DNA from: Squalus acanthias
Lineage: Eukaryota
Length of the DNA stretch: 64,000 nucleotides
Direction: 5' to 3'
Assembly (NCBI GenBank): GCA_030390025.1
Contig: JASTWF010000322.1
Location: 186,001 to 250,000, forward strand
Shown: positions 11,540 through 22,354 of the stretch, in pieces
Numbering within the stretch: position 1 is the stretch's first letter
Layout: each line of letters opens with the position of its first letter
The notes under the pieces: model-generated
What the model was told of the DNA's origin: nothing
Database searches by the model: none
What the model saw: the letters and a program-made list of their open reading frames with translations, nothing else
Translations under genes and position numbers: made by a program

Positions 11540-12965
11540 TTTGGAAGTGCGGTCACTGTTGTAATGTGGGAAACGCGACAGCCAATTTGCGCACAGCAAG
11601 CTCCCGCAAACCGCAAGGTGACAATGACCAGATCATCTGTTTTAGCGATGTTGGTTGAGGGATAAACATTCGGCCCCGGGACACCGGGGAGAACTCCCCC
11701 CCCTGCTCTTCTTCGAAATAGTGGCCGTGGGATCTTTTACGTCCACCTGAGAGGGCAGACGGGGCCTCGGTTTAACATCTCATCCGAAAGACGGCACCTC
11801 CGACAGGGCAGCACTCCCTCAGTACTGGCACCGGGGAGTGTGGGCCTGGATTATGGGGCTCAAGTCCTAGAGTATATACATCTACCTCCAACAGTGCAGC
11901 GCTCCCTCAGTACTGGCACCGGGGAGTGTGGGCCTGGATTATGGGGCTCAAGTCCTAGAGTATATACATCTACCTCCGACAGTGCAGCGCTCCCTCAGTC
12001 CTGGCACCGGGGTGTGTAGGCCTGGATTATGGAGCTCGAGTCCTAGAGTATATACATCTACCTCCGACAGTGCAGTGCTCCCTCAGTACTGGCACCGGGG
12101 AATGTGGGCCTGGATTATGGGGCTCCAGTCCTAGAGTATATACATCTACCTCTGACAGTGCAGCACTCCCTCAGTACTGGCACCGGGGAGTGTGGGCCTG
12201 GATTATGGAGCTCGAGTCCTCGAGTATATACATCTACCTCCGACAGTGCAGCGCTCCCTCAGTACTGGCACCGGGGAGTGTGGGCCTGGATTATGGGGCT
12301 CGAGTCCTAGAGTATATACATCTACCTCCGACAGTGCAGCGCTCCCTCAGTACTGGCACCGGGGAGTGTGGGCCTGGATTATGGGGCTCAATTCCTAGAG
12401 TATATACATCTACCTCCGACAGTGCAGCGCTCCCTCAGTCCTGGCACCGGGGTGTGTAGGCCTGGATTATGGAGCTCGAGTCCTAGAGTATATACATCTA
12501 CCTCCGACAGTGCAGTGCTCCCTCAGTACTGGCACCGGGGAATGTGGGCCTGGATTATGGGGCTCGAGTCCTAGAGTATATACATCTACCTCTGACAGTG
12601 CAGCGCTTCCTCAGTACTGGCACCGGGGAGTGTGGGCCTGGATTATGGAGCTCGAGTCCTCGAGTATATACATCTACCTCCGACAGTGCAGCGCTCCCTC
12701 AGTACTGGCACCGGGGAGTATGGGCCTGGATTATGGGGCTCGAGTCCTAGAGTATATACATCTACCTCCGACAGTGCAGCGCTCCCTCAGTACTGGCACT
12801 GGGGAGTGTGGGCCTGGATTATGGGGCTCCAGTCCTAGAGTATATACATCTACCTCCGACAGTGCAGCGCTCCCTCAGTACTGGCACCGGGGAGTGTGGG
12901 CCTGGATTATGGGGCTCGAGTCCTAGAGTATATACATCTACCTCCAACAGTGCAGCGCTCCCTCA
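11540..12965 (-). mobile_element. Deu-domain SINE (AmnSINE1/SacSINE1-like) with an internal 88-bp array
   Basis: Reverse complement of ggtgccgtctttcggatgagatgttaaaccgaggccccgtctgccctctcaggtggacgtaaaagatccc, which I recognise as the Deu core. Confidence 0.75.
11795..12965. repeat. 88-bp tandem repeat, about 13 copies
   Basis: Unit cctccgacagtgcagcgctccctcagtactggcaccggggagtgtgggcctggattatggggctcgagtcctagagtatatacatcta; ORF starts recur every 88 bp. Confidence 0.95.
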
Positions 12966-12967
12966 AT

Positions 12968-14672
12968 ACTTCTCTCGACCCCTCCACTGTCTCTCAATTG
13001 TCAGACCGCTTATCTGACATCCAGTTCTGGATGAGCAGAAATTACCTGCAATTAAATATCGGGAAGACCGAAGCCATTGTCTTCTGTCCCCGCCACAAAC
13101 TCCGTTCCCCGAGCCACCAAGTCCATCCCTCTCCCTGGCAACTATCCGAGACTGAACCAGAATATTCGCAACCTTGGTGTCATATTTGACCCTGAAATGA
13201 GCTTCCGACCACATCTCCACTCCATCACAAAGACCGCCTACTTCCACCTCCGTAACATCGCCCGTCTCCGCCCCTGCCTCAGCTCATCCGCTGCTGAAAC
13301 CCTCATCCCTGCCTTTGTCCCCTCTAGACTTGACTATTCCAACGCTCTCCTGGCTGCCCTCCCACATTCCACCCTCCGTAACCATCAGCTCATCCCAAAC
13401 TCCTGCTGCCCCCGTGTCCTAACTCGCACCGAGTCCCGTTGACCCATCACCCCCTGTGCTCACTGACGTACACTGGCTCCCGGTCCGGCAACGCCTCGAT
13501 TTCAAAATTCTCATCCTCCTGTTCAAATCCCTCCATGGCCCCTCGCCCCCTCCCTATCTCTGTAACCTCCTCCAGCCCTACAATTCTCATCCTCCTGTTC
13601 AAATCCCTCCATGGCCCTCGCCCCCTCCCTATCTCTGTAACCTCCTCCAGCCCCTACAATTCTCATCCTCCTGTTCAAATCCCTCCATGGCCCTCGCCCC
13701 CTCCCTATCTCTGTAACCTCCTCCAGCCCCTACAATTCTCATCCTCCTGTTCAACTCCCTCCATGGCCCTCGCCCCCTCCCCATCTCTGTAACCTCCTCC
13801 AGCCCTACAATTCTCATCCTCCTGTTCAACTCCCTCCATGGCCCTCGCCCCCTCCCTATCTCTGTAACCTCCTCCAGCCCCTACAATTCTCATCCTCCTG
13901 TTCAAATCCCTCCATGGCCCTCACCCCCTCCCTATCTCTGTAACCTCCTCCAGCCCTGCAATTCTCATCCTCCTGTTCAAATCCCTCCATGGCCCTCGCC
14001 CCCTCCCTATCTCTGTAACCTCCTCCAGCCCCTACAATTCTCATCCTCCTGTTCAGATCCCTCCATGGCCCTCGCCCCCTCCCTATCACTGTAACCTCCT
14101 CCAGCCCTACAATTCTCATCCTCCTGTTCAAATCCCTCCATGGCCCATGTCCCCTCCCTATCTCTGTAACCTCCTCCAGCCCTACAATTCTCATCCTCCT
14201 GTTCAAATCCCTCCATGGCCCATGTCCCCTCCCTATCTCTGTAACCTCCTCCAGCCCTACAATTCTCATCCTCCTGTTCAAATCCCTCCATGGCCCTCGC
14301 CCCTCCCTATCTCTGTAACCTCCTCCAGCCCTACAATTCTCATCCTCCTGTTCAAATCCCTCCATGGCCCTCGCCCCCTCCCTATCTCTGTAACCTCCTC
14401 CAGCCCTACAATTCTCATCCTCCTGTTCAAATCCCTCCATGGCCCCTCGCCCCCTCCCTATCTCTGTAACCTCCTCCAGCCCTACAACCCTCCGAGATCT
14501 CTGCGCTCCTCCAATTCTGGCCTCTTGCGCATCCCCGATTTCCATCGCTCCACCATTGGCGGCCGTGCCTTCAGCTGCCTGGGGCCCTGAGCTCTGGAAT
14601 TCCCTCCCTAAACCTCTCCGCCTCTCTCTCCTCCTTTAAGACGCTCCTTAAAACCGACCTCTTGGACCAAGC
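12968..14672 (+). mobile_element. L2 LINE 3' part with an internal 75-76-bp array
   Basis: LQLNIGKTE, RNLGVIFD, SRLDYSNALL and HWLPVRQRLDFKIL motifs typical of L2 ORF2. Confidence 0.88.
13506..14490. repeat. 75-76-bp tandem repeat, about 13 copies
   Basis: Unit aattctcatcctcctgttcaaatccctccatggccctcgccccctccctatctctgtaacctcctccagcccctac. Confidence 0.95.
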
Positions 14673-14904
14673 TGCATTTAAACCCCTCTCTCCGATATGT
14701 AAGGAGGGAGGGGAAAGAACAAAAGGGAAGGTCTGCGATAGGGTGGACGGCAGGAGAGATTAAATGACAAACAGGATGATGGTGCGAGGTGAGAGGAGAT
14801 GGTAATGGGACAAGTAAAGAAACAGAAGATGGGTCGAGAAGAGGTGTAAATGGGAATGGCAGAATCAGTACCCGCTGTCCGAGAAAATAGGAGCAGAGTT
14901 TATG

Positions 14905-15853
14905 AGGCCAGCATTTATTGCCCATCCCTAGTTGCCCTCGAGAAGGTGGTGGTGAGCCGCCTTCTTGAACCGCTGCAGTCCGTGTGGTGAAGGTGCTCCC
15001 ACAGTGCTGTTAGGGAGGGAGTTCCAGGATTTTGACCCAGCGACGATGAAGGAACGGCCGATATATTTCCCAGTCGGGATGGTGTGTGACTTGGAGGTGG
15101 AACTTGGAGGTGGTGGTGTTCCCATGCGCCTGCTGCCCTTGTCCTTCTAGGTGGAAGAGGTGGCGGGTTTGGGAGGTGCTGCCGAAGAAGCCTTGGCGAG
15201 TTGCTGCAGTGCATCTTGTAGATGGTACACACTGCAGCCACGGTGCGCCGGTGGTGGAGGGAGTGAATGTTTAAGGTGGTGGATGGGGTGCCGATCAAGC
15301 GGGCTGCTTTGTCCTGGATGGTGTCGAGCTTCTTGAGTGTTGTTGGAGCTGCACTCATCCAGGCAAGTGGAGAGTATTCCATCACACTCATGACTTGTGC
15401 CTTGTAGATGGTGGAAAGGCTTTGGGGAGTCAGGAGGTGAGACACTCGCCGCAGAATACCCAGCCTTTGACCTGCTCTTGTTGCCACCGTATTTATGTGG
15501 CTGGTCCAGTTAAGTTTCTGGTCAATGGTGATCCCCAGGATGTTGATGGTGGGGGATTCGGCGATGGTAATGCCGTTGAATGTCAAGGGGCGGTGGTTTG
15601 ACTCTCGCTTGTTGGAGATAGTCATTGCCTGGCACTTGTGTGGCGCGAATGTTACCTGCCACTTATCAGCCCAAGCCTGAACGTCGTCCAGGTCTTGTTG
15701 CACGTGGGCATGGACTGCTTCATTATCTGAGGAGTTGTGAATGGCGCTGAACACTGTGCAGTCAGCAGCGAACATCCCCATTTCTGACCTTATTTTGGGG
15801 GGAAGGTCATTGATGAAGCAGCTGAAGATGGTTGGGCCTCGGACACTGCCCTG
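14905..15853 (-). mobile_element. 5'-truncated LINE of a second CR1-group family (RT C-terminus to 3' tail)
   Basis: ORF 14915-15781 MFAADCTVF...QQDLDDVQAWADKWQVTFAPHKC...IYKAQV.SVMEYSPLAW. Confidence 0.85.
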
Positions 15854-16294
15854 ATCATGTCTGCAGCCCTTGCTGCTTGCAGTTCTCGCTTCCAGTCAGT
15901 AGATGTCACGAGACTCCAGTACATTGACATCTGCAGATCAGAGCGGAACAGGGACCTGGTTCACACAGCAACACCTGGCATTTATCCAGCGCCTTTAACG
16001 TAGTAAAACGTCCCAGGCGCTTCACAGGAAGCGATTATCAGACAAAATTTGACAGCGAGCCACATAAGGAGATACTAGGACAGGTGACCAGAAACTGCCG
16101 CGTTTCCTACATTACAACAGTGACCACACTTCAAAAAGGATTTCATTGGCTGTGGAGCGCTTTGGGACGTCCTGAGGTGGTGAAAGGCGCTGGAGAAATG
16201 TGAGTTTGCCAATTTATATGTGGACCTTCAACGGGTGAATATTCTACGAATCTTTCGGACATAAATGTTGATGAAACGAACATCTGATATGTGA

Positions 16295-16975
16295 AATAAC
16301 AACAGAAAACGCTGGAAAAACTCAGCAGGCCAGGCAGCATCCGTGGAGAGAGAAACAGAGTTAACGTTTCAGGTCGAAGACCTTTCGTCAGAACTGGAAA
16401 AAAGCAGGAAATGAAATAGATTTAAAGCAAGTTTAGGGGCTGGGAAAAGGGGGGAGGGGATGAAAGAACAAAAGGAGAGATTAAGAGACATTGAGAGACA
16501 TTGAGAGATGATCAAGGCAAGAGGTGGTGTTAATGTGACAGGTTGAGGCTAAAAGAAGGGTGAAATGCACTGGCAGAATGAAGGACAGCTGCCAGCTTCT
16601 AGGAGGAAAAGCAAAAAAAAAGGGGGGGGCCAAGCAAAAGGGTGGATGAAAAAATAAAATATAAATGTGATAGGGGCCGAGGTTATGATCTGAAATTGTT
16701 GAACTCGATATTGAGTCCAGAGGGCCGTAGAGTGCCTAAACGAAAGATGAGATTTAATCTCTCCTGCCTTCCACCCTATCACAGACCTTCCCTTTTGTTC
16801 TGTCCTCCCCTCCCTCCTTTCCCTGCCTCTGCACTTACTTAAAACCTGTCACATCTCGAACTTTTTCCAGTTCTGACGGAAGGTCATCGACCTGAAACGT
16901 TAACTCTGTTTCTCACTCCCTGCGGACGCTGCCTGACCTGCTAAGTGTCTCCGGCATTTCCTGTTTTTATTTCCA
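16295..16975. mobile_element. Penelope family A inverted pair
   Basis: Minus copy 16295-16752 abuts plus copy 16752-16975; hammerhead motif near each outer end. Confidence 0.78.
16359..16395 (-). ncRNA. Minimal hammerhead ribozyme motif, family A (intact)
   Basis: aguu CUGACGA a agguc-uuc-gaccu GAAA cgUU aacu: full core, stems I and II, palindromic AACGUU. Confidence 0.82.
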
Positions 16976-17289
16976 AGTTATTTATCGGTTTAAAAGGGGG
17001 GCAGTTTCGTTTGGTGTTCGGTTTTAACGCTTGTGCGGGGGGGGGGCGACTCTTTTTTTAAGATGTTATTTCAGGAGCGAGTACAAACCACGAACCACAA
17101 ACTTTCTCAACCGGCGAGGGGATGGGAGGGGCGGTGATGGGGGATTTGGAATGATTGGCGTGTCACCAGCCAATAGCAAGGACAGCAGAGTGGGGAAGAG
17201 GCAGGATATCCAGGCTCGAGGGAGCGTGACATCCGTTGGACTTCCTGCAAGCAGAACGCGTGGGTTTAGCAATACAACAGCAGCTCTTT

Positions 17290-17890
17290 GAATCGTAGAT
17301 ACTTACAGCGCAGGTGGAGGCCATTCGGCCCGTCGTGCCTGTGCCGGCTCTTTGAACGAGCAGTCGTGCTCAGTCCCACCGCACCCCCCGCTGTTTGTCC
17401 ATAACCCTGTAAGCTTCTCGTCATCAGGTACCTGGCCAAATCCCTTCAGGGAGAGCGTTCCCGATCCCCACAACTCTCAGCGTGAAAGGAAATGTTTCCT
17501 CATCTCCGCCCCTTTTGTCAATTACTTTAAATCTGCATTATCAAAGCCCTTCCTGATTTTGAACGCCTCTATTAAATCTCCCCTTAACCTTCTCTGCTCC
17601 AAGGAGAACAACCCCAGCTTCTCCAGTCTCTCCACATCACTGAAGTCCCTCATCCCCTGGTACCATTCTGGTCAATCACCCCTTAACCTTCTCTGCTCTG
17701 AGGAGAACAACCCCAGCTTCCCCAGTCTCTCCACATCACTGAAGTCCCTCATCCCCGGTACCATTCTGGTCAATCTCCCCTTAACCTTCTCTGCTCTGCG
17801 GAGAACAACCCCAGCTTCTCCAGTCTCTCCACATCACTGAAGTCCCTCATCCCTGGGACCATTCTGGTCAATCTCCCTTAAACCTTCTCT
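17290..17890 (-). mobile_element. CR1 3' fragment with about 3 copies of the 99-bp repeat
   Basis: Reverse complement of the 4397-5292 type sequence. Confidence 0.82.
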
Positions 17891-17898
17891 GAATCATA

Positions 17899-18640
17899 GG
17901 GGTAAAAAATCAGTTGGTTGCGCCTCCCGTTAGCGCCTTAAGAGGGCGCTGATGGGGCGCAAAGCCGCTAACGCCCGGGCGCAGCGATGTTTGCGCCGCT
18001 CCGGAACTTAACTAGACATTGTGCGGCGGCACTAAACTTTACCGCTGCGACCACCTGCGCGCGCAGATTGTGACGTCATTCCATGGTGCAACGCCCTTGT
18101 GGCGCCCCGGAGCGGAAATTGAGTGGCGCCCCCTGCCTTACCGCCTGGCGCATCCAACGACCGGAAGACTGGAACGCTATCAATCGCTGTGGGGCTGGGG
18201 GGGGGGCGCTATTTAAAGGGGGCCTCTTCCTGTCTTTTTCTGTGGTTGACATTTTTGCACCACTCGTTCTGAGAGAGAGAGAGAGATTCGGAGAGAGAGA
18301 AAGAGAGACTTCTGCATTGAGTCAACGCTTTGTGAGGTAGTTTTGCCTACTGATCCTAACAGTTGGCCCGCCCCGCTTTAAGAACTGGCCGGCGCCAGTG
18401 TGTCTGTGTTCCCTCGCTAACTGGCAGCACCTGCGCTGCGCTCGCACGCTGAGTTAGCGCCTCACTGCTCGGCCTTTGCGCCTTAAGACAGGTGTGCAGC
18501 GCCTGATTTAGCGCTCCACTCACCTCCCGGGGCGGTAAAAGTGAAGTTTCCAGTCAGTGACGATAATTAGCGCCAGGCGCTAATATTTGCGTCCAGACGA
18601 TATTTGCGCCCCAAACGGGGCGCGACCTAATTTTTCCCCC
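17899..18640. mobile_element. Non-autonomous DNA transposon (Harbinger-like MITE, second family)
   Basis: Ends ggggtaaaaaatcag / ctaatttttccccc; 3-bp TSD ATA at 17896-17898 and 18641-18643; GC-rich interior with many gcgcc motifs. Confidence 0.75.
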
Positions 18641-18985
18641 ATAGAATCATAGAAAGTTACAGCACAGAAGGAGGCCATTTCGGCCCATCGTGTCCGCGCC
18701 GGCCAACAAAGAGCTATCCAGCCTAATCCCACTTCCCAGCTCTTGGTCCGTAGGCCTGCAGGTTACAGCATCCCAAGTGCACATCCAAGTACTTTTTAAA
18801 TGTTGTTAGCATTCCTGCCTCTACCACCCTTTCAGGCAGTGAGTTCCAGACCCCCACCACCCTCTGGGTGAAGAAATTTCCCCTCAAATCTGCTCTAAAC
18901 CTTCCCCCAATTACTTTAAATCTGTGCCCCCTGGTTTTTGACTCATCTGCTAAGGTAAATAGGTCCTTTCAATCCACTTTATCTA
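18641..18985 (-). mobile_element. CR1 3' end
   Basis: atagaatcatagaa tail and reverse complement of [16 protein letters not shown]. Confidence 0.8.
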
Positions 18986-19706
18986 TGATGTGGAGACGCC
19001 GGTGTTGGACTGGGGTGGACAAATGTGAGAAGTCGCACAACACCAGGTTATAGTCCAACAGCTTTATTTGAAATCACAAGCTTTCGGAGCGCTGCTCCTT
19101 CATCAGGTGAAGTGAAGAGATGCATATAGGCACAGCATATATAGTCAGAGAACACTGCCAGGTGACTACAGTTAATCTTTCTAACTGCCCTTTATCACAC
19201 CTCGGCAGAGAGATAATCACGGCAATCGAAGGTGTGGATGGTGTCCAAACAGGTCAGTCAGGAAAACATGACATCAAAGACAATGAGGTGGGGTCACGAG
19301 GGGTCAATGTGGCAGATGCCGGGGTCTGGATGGAAAACAAAAAACTTTTTTTGCTGGAAATCACAGCAGGTCCGGCCGTATCTGTGTAGAGAGAACAAGC
19401 CAACGACGACTCGAGTCTGGATGACTCTACGTCAGGTGGGGTTACATGTAGCGTGACATGAACCCAAGATCCTGGTTGAGGCCGTCCTCATGGGTGCAGA
19501 ACTTGGCTATCAGTTTCTGCTCGACGATTTTGCGTTGTCGTGTGTCTCAAAGGCCGCCTTGGAGAACGCTTACCCGAAGATCAGAGGCTGAATGTCCTTG
19601 ACTACTGAAGTGTTCCCCGACTGGGAGGGAACACTCCTGCCTGGCGATTGTTGCGCGGTGTCCGTTCATACGTTGTCGCAGTGTTTGCATGGTCTCGCCG
19701 ATGTAC
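18986..19706 (-). mobile_element. Penelope family B 3' fragment (GIY-YIG end plus pLTR)
   Basis: Reverse strand encodes YIGETMQTLRQRMNGHR...EQKLIAKF, followed by the hammerhead-bearing repeat. Confidence 0.85.
19074..19110 (-). ncRNA. Minimal hammerhead ribozyme motif, family B (intact)
   Basis: ucac CUGAUGA a ggag-cagcg-cucc GAAA gcUU guga; palindromic AAGCUU. Confidence 0.82.
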
Positions 19707-19719
19707 TAGTTACTAGTTG

Positions 19720-20025
19720 ATGGTACAAGGACTAGGGGATACAGATTTAAGGTTTTGGGCACGAGATACGGGGGGGGGGGGAGGACGTGAGGAAAAACTT
19801 TTTTACGCAGCGAGTGGTGAGGACCTGGAACTCGCTGCCGACGGAAGTGGTGGAAGCGGAGACACTCAATGTTTTCAAGGGGAGACTGGATAGGCACTTG
19901 AGGGAAATAAACTTGCAGGGCTACGGGGATAGAGCGGGGGAATGGGACTGACTGGATTGCTCTACAGAGAGCCGGCACGGACTCGATGGGCCGAATGGCC
20001 TCCTTCTGTGCCGTTATGACGCTAT
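19720..20025 (+). mobile_element. CR1 3' end
   Basis: [17 protein letters not shown] and 3' UTR gggccgaatggcctcc. Confidence 0.8.
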
Positions 20026-20039
20026 GACATTACTCGCAC

Positions 20040-20174
20040 CTCATTCCGTGCAGCCTCACTGGAGGCAGTCTGATCCTCCTCTAGAATTTGATTCATCTTT
20101 TTAGCACGGGATTCTAACTGTTTAACCACGTCCGACAGATGAATGGTCATAATTTGGCCCTCTTCCAATTCCTC
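20040..20174 (-). other. Candidate 135-nt phase-0 coding exon of an unidentified gene
   Basis: taacag|GAG...GAG|gtgcga; open frame EELEEGQIMTIHLSDVVKQLESRAKKMNQILEEDQTASSEAARNE; non-repetitive; weak polypyrimidine tract. Confidence 0.3.
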
Positions 20175-20352
20175 CTGTTATAAACCATTCATTCTGTTCA
20201 AAATTTCCCTCAGACGATTTCTATCCGCGTTTACGGATCGATCGAAGTTGGCCAAATCAAGGCTATTAACGAGGGAGGGACCAGTGTTAAAGACAGTGGC
20301 TGCGTCATTTATCAGATCCCGTTGTGTTCTGATATGGTCCTCTTTAATCCCG

Positions 20353-20570
20353 ATGATGTGAGATGCCGGTGTTGGACTGGGGTGGACAAATGTGAGAAGT
20401 CGCACAACACCAGGTTATAGTCCAACAGCTTTATTTGAAATCACAATCTTTCGGAGCGCTGCTCCTTCGTCAGGTGAAGTGAAGAGATATATATCGGCAC
20501 AGCATATATAGTCAGAGAACACTGCCAGATGACTACAGTTAATCTTTCCAACTGCCCTTTATCACACCTC
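20353..20570 (-). mobile_element. Penelope family B pLTR fragment
   Basis: Same sequence as 18986-19200; hammerhead stem III mutated. Confidence 0.82.
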
Positions 20571-20574
20571 AGTT

Positions 20575-21445
20575 AGCTGCACTGTCGGAGGTAGATGTAT
20601 ATACTCTAGGACATGAGCCCCATAATCCAGGCCCACACTCCCCGGTGCCAGTACCGAGGGAGCGCTGCACTGTCGGAGGTAGATGTATATACTCTAGGAC
20701 TCGAGCCCCATAATCCAGGCCCACACTCCCCGGTGCCAGTACTGAGGGAGCGCTGCACTGTCGGAGGTAGATGTATATACTCTAGGACTCGAGCCCCATA
20801 ATCCAGGCCCACACTCCCCGGTGCCAGTACTGAGGGAGCGCTGCACTGTCGGAGGTAGATGTATATACTCTAGGACTCGAGTCCCATAATCCAGGCCCAC
20901 ACTCCCCGGTGCCAGTACTGAGGGAGTGCTGCACTGTCGGAGGTAGATGTATATACTCTAGGACTCGAGTCCCATAATTCAGGCCCACACTCCCCAGTGC
21001 CAGTTCTGAGGGAGCGCTGCACTGTCGGAGGTAGATGTATATACTCTAGGACTCGAGCCCCATATTCCAGGCCCACACTCCCCGGTGCCAGTACTGAGGG
21101 AGTGCTGCACTGTCGGAGGTGCCGTCTTTTGGATGAGACGTTAAACCGAGGCCCCGTCTGCTCTCTTGGGTGGACATAAAAGATCTCACGGCCACTATTT
21201 CGAAGAAGAGCAGGGGTGTTCTCCCTGGTGTCTTGGCCAATATTTATCCCTTAATCCACATTAAAAACAGATGATCTGGTCATTATCTCATTGCTGTTTG
21301 TGGGATCTTGCTGTGTGCAAATTGGCTGCCGCGTTTCCCACATTACAACAGCGACTACACTTCAAAAGTACTTCATTGGCTGTAAAACACTTTGGGTCAT
21401 CTGGTGGTCGTGAAAGGCGCTATAGAAATGCGAGTCTTTCTTTTT
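20575..21445 (+). mobile_element. Deu-domain SINE with about 6 copies of the 88-bp unit and an L2-like tail
   Basis: Array 20575-21115 runs into the Deu core; ends gaaaggcgctatagaaatgcgagtctttcttt. Confidence 0.8.
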
Positions 21446-21751
21446 AGGGCTCATGTGATATAACGGCTCTAATTTTGACTCTGCCAGTGTTGTGCAGGCT
21501 CTCTCCCAAAATCCCTCGGTTAATTCCAGCATCATCCTCCCATATAAACACACGCTGTCTCGGGCTCGCACCAGTTCGGCAGTCCCACCTCGGTCAGATT
21601 CAACATTACCGGCGCCACCTTGTGACGCACATCACGGTACAACACCATCCGAGTTGGGATTACTGCTAACCCATTTGTCGGGCCACCCTGGGAGTGTACA
21701 GACAGTTGTGTGTTATTTGTCGGGGGGAGAGGGAGTTTGTGATGGAGGGTG

Positions 21752-22262
21752 TGTGGAGGGAGTGCAGCGAAGATTCACCAGGCTGATACCTGGGATGGCA
21801 GGAATGACGTATGAAGAGAGACTGGGTCGATTGGGCTTATATTCGCTAGAGTTTAGAAGAATGAGAGGGGATCTCATTGAAACTTATCAAATTCTAACAG
21901 GACTAGACAGACTAGATGCAGGAAGGATGTTCCCGATGGCGGGGGAGTCCAGAACCAGTGGTCACAGTCTAAGGATAAGGGGTAAGCCATTTAGGACTGA
22001 GAGGAGGAGGAATTTCTTCACCCAGAGAGTGGTGAACCTGTGGAATTCTCTACCACAGAACGCAGTTGAGGCCAATTCATTAAATATATTCAAGAAGGAG
22101 TTAAATATATTTCTTAAGGTTAAAGAGATCAAGGGATATGGGGAGAAAGCAGGGACAGGGTACTGAATTTGGATGATCAGCCATGATCTCATTGAATGGC
22201 GGAACAGGCTCGAGGGGCCGAATGGCCTACTCCTGCTCATATCTTCTATGTTTCTATGTTTA
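21752..22262 (+). mobile_element. 5'-truncated CR1
   Basis: EGVQRRFTRLIPGMAG...GEKAGTGY plus tail. Confidence 0.9.
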
Positions 22263-22354
22263 TGTATGTTTATGAGGTAATACATATTCTGATGAAGTAA
22301 TATACAAACTGATGATGTAATACACATACTGATGAGGTAATGCACATTCTGATC

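Noticed and set aside
11795..12965. CRISPR-like appearance of regularly spaced repeats
   Set aside because: No unique spacers, no cas genes, vertebrate context; the unit derives from a SINE
22272..22353. Four degenerate 20-bp repeats (atgaggtaatacatattctg)
   Set aside because: Short, decayed minisatellite with no further structure
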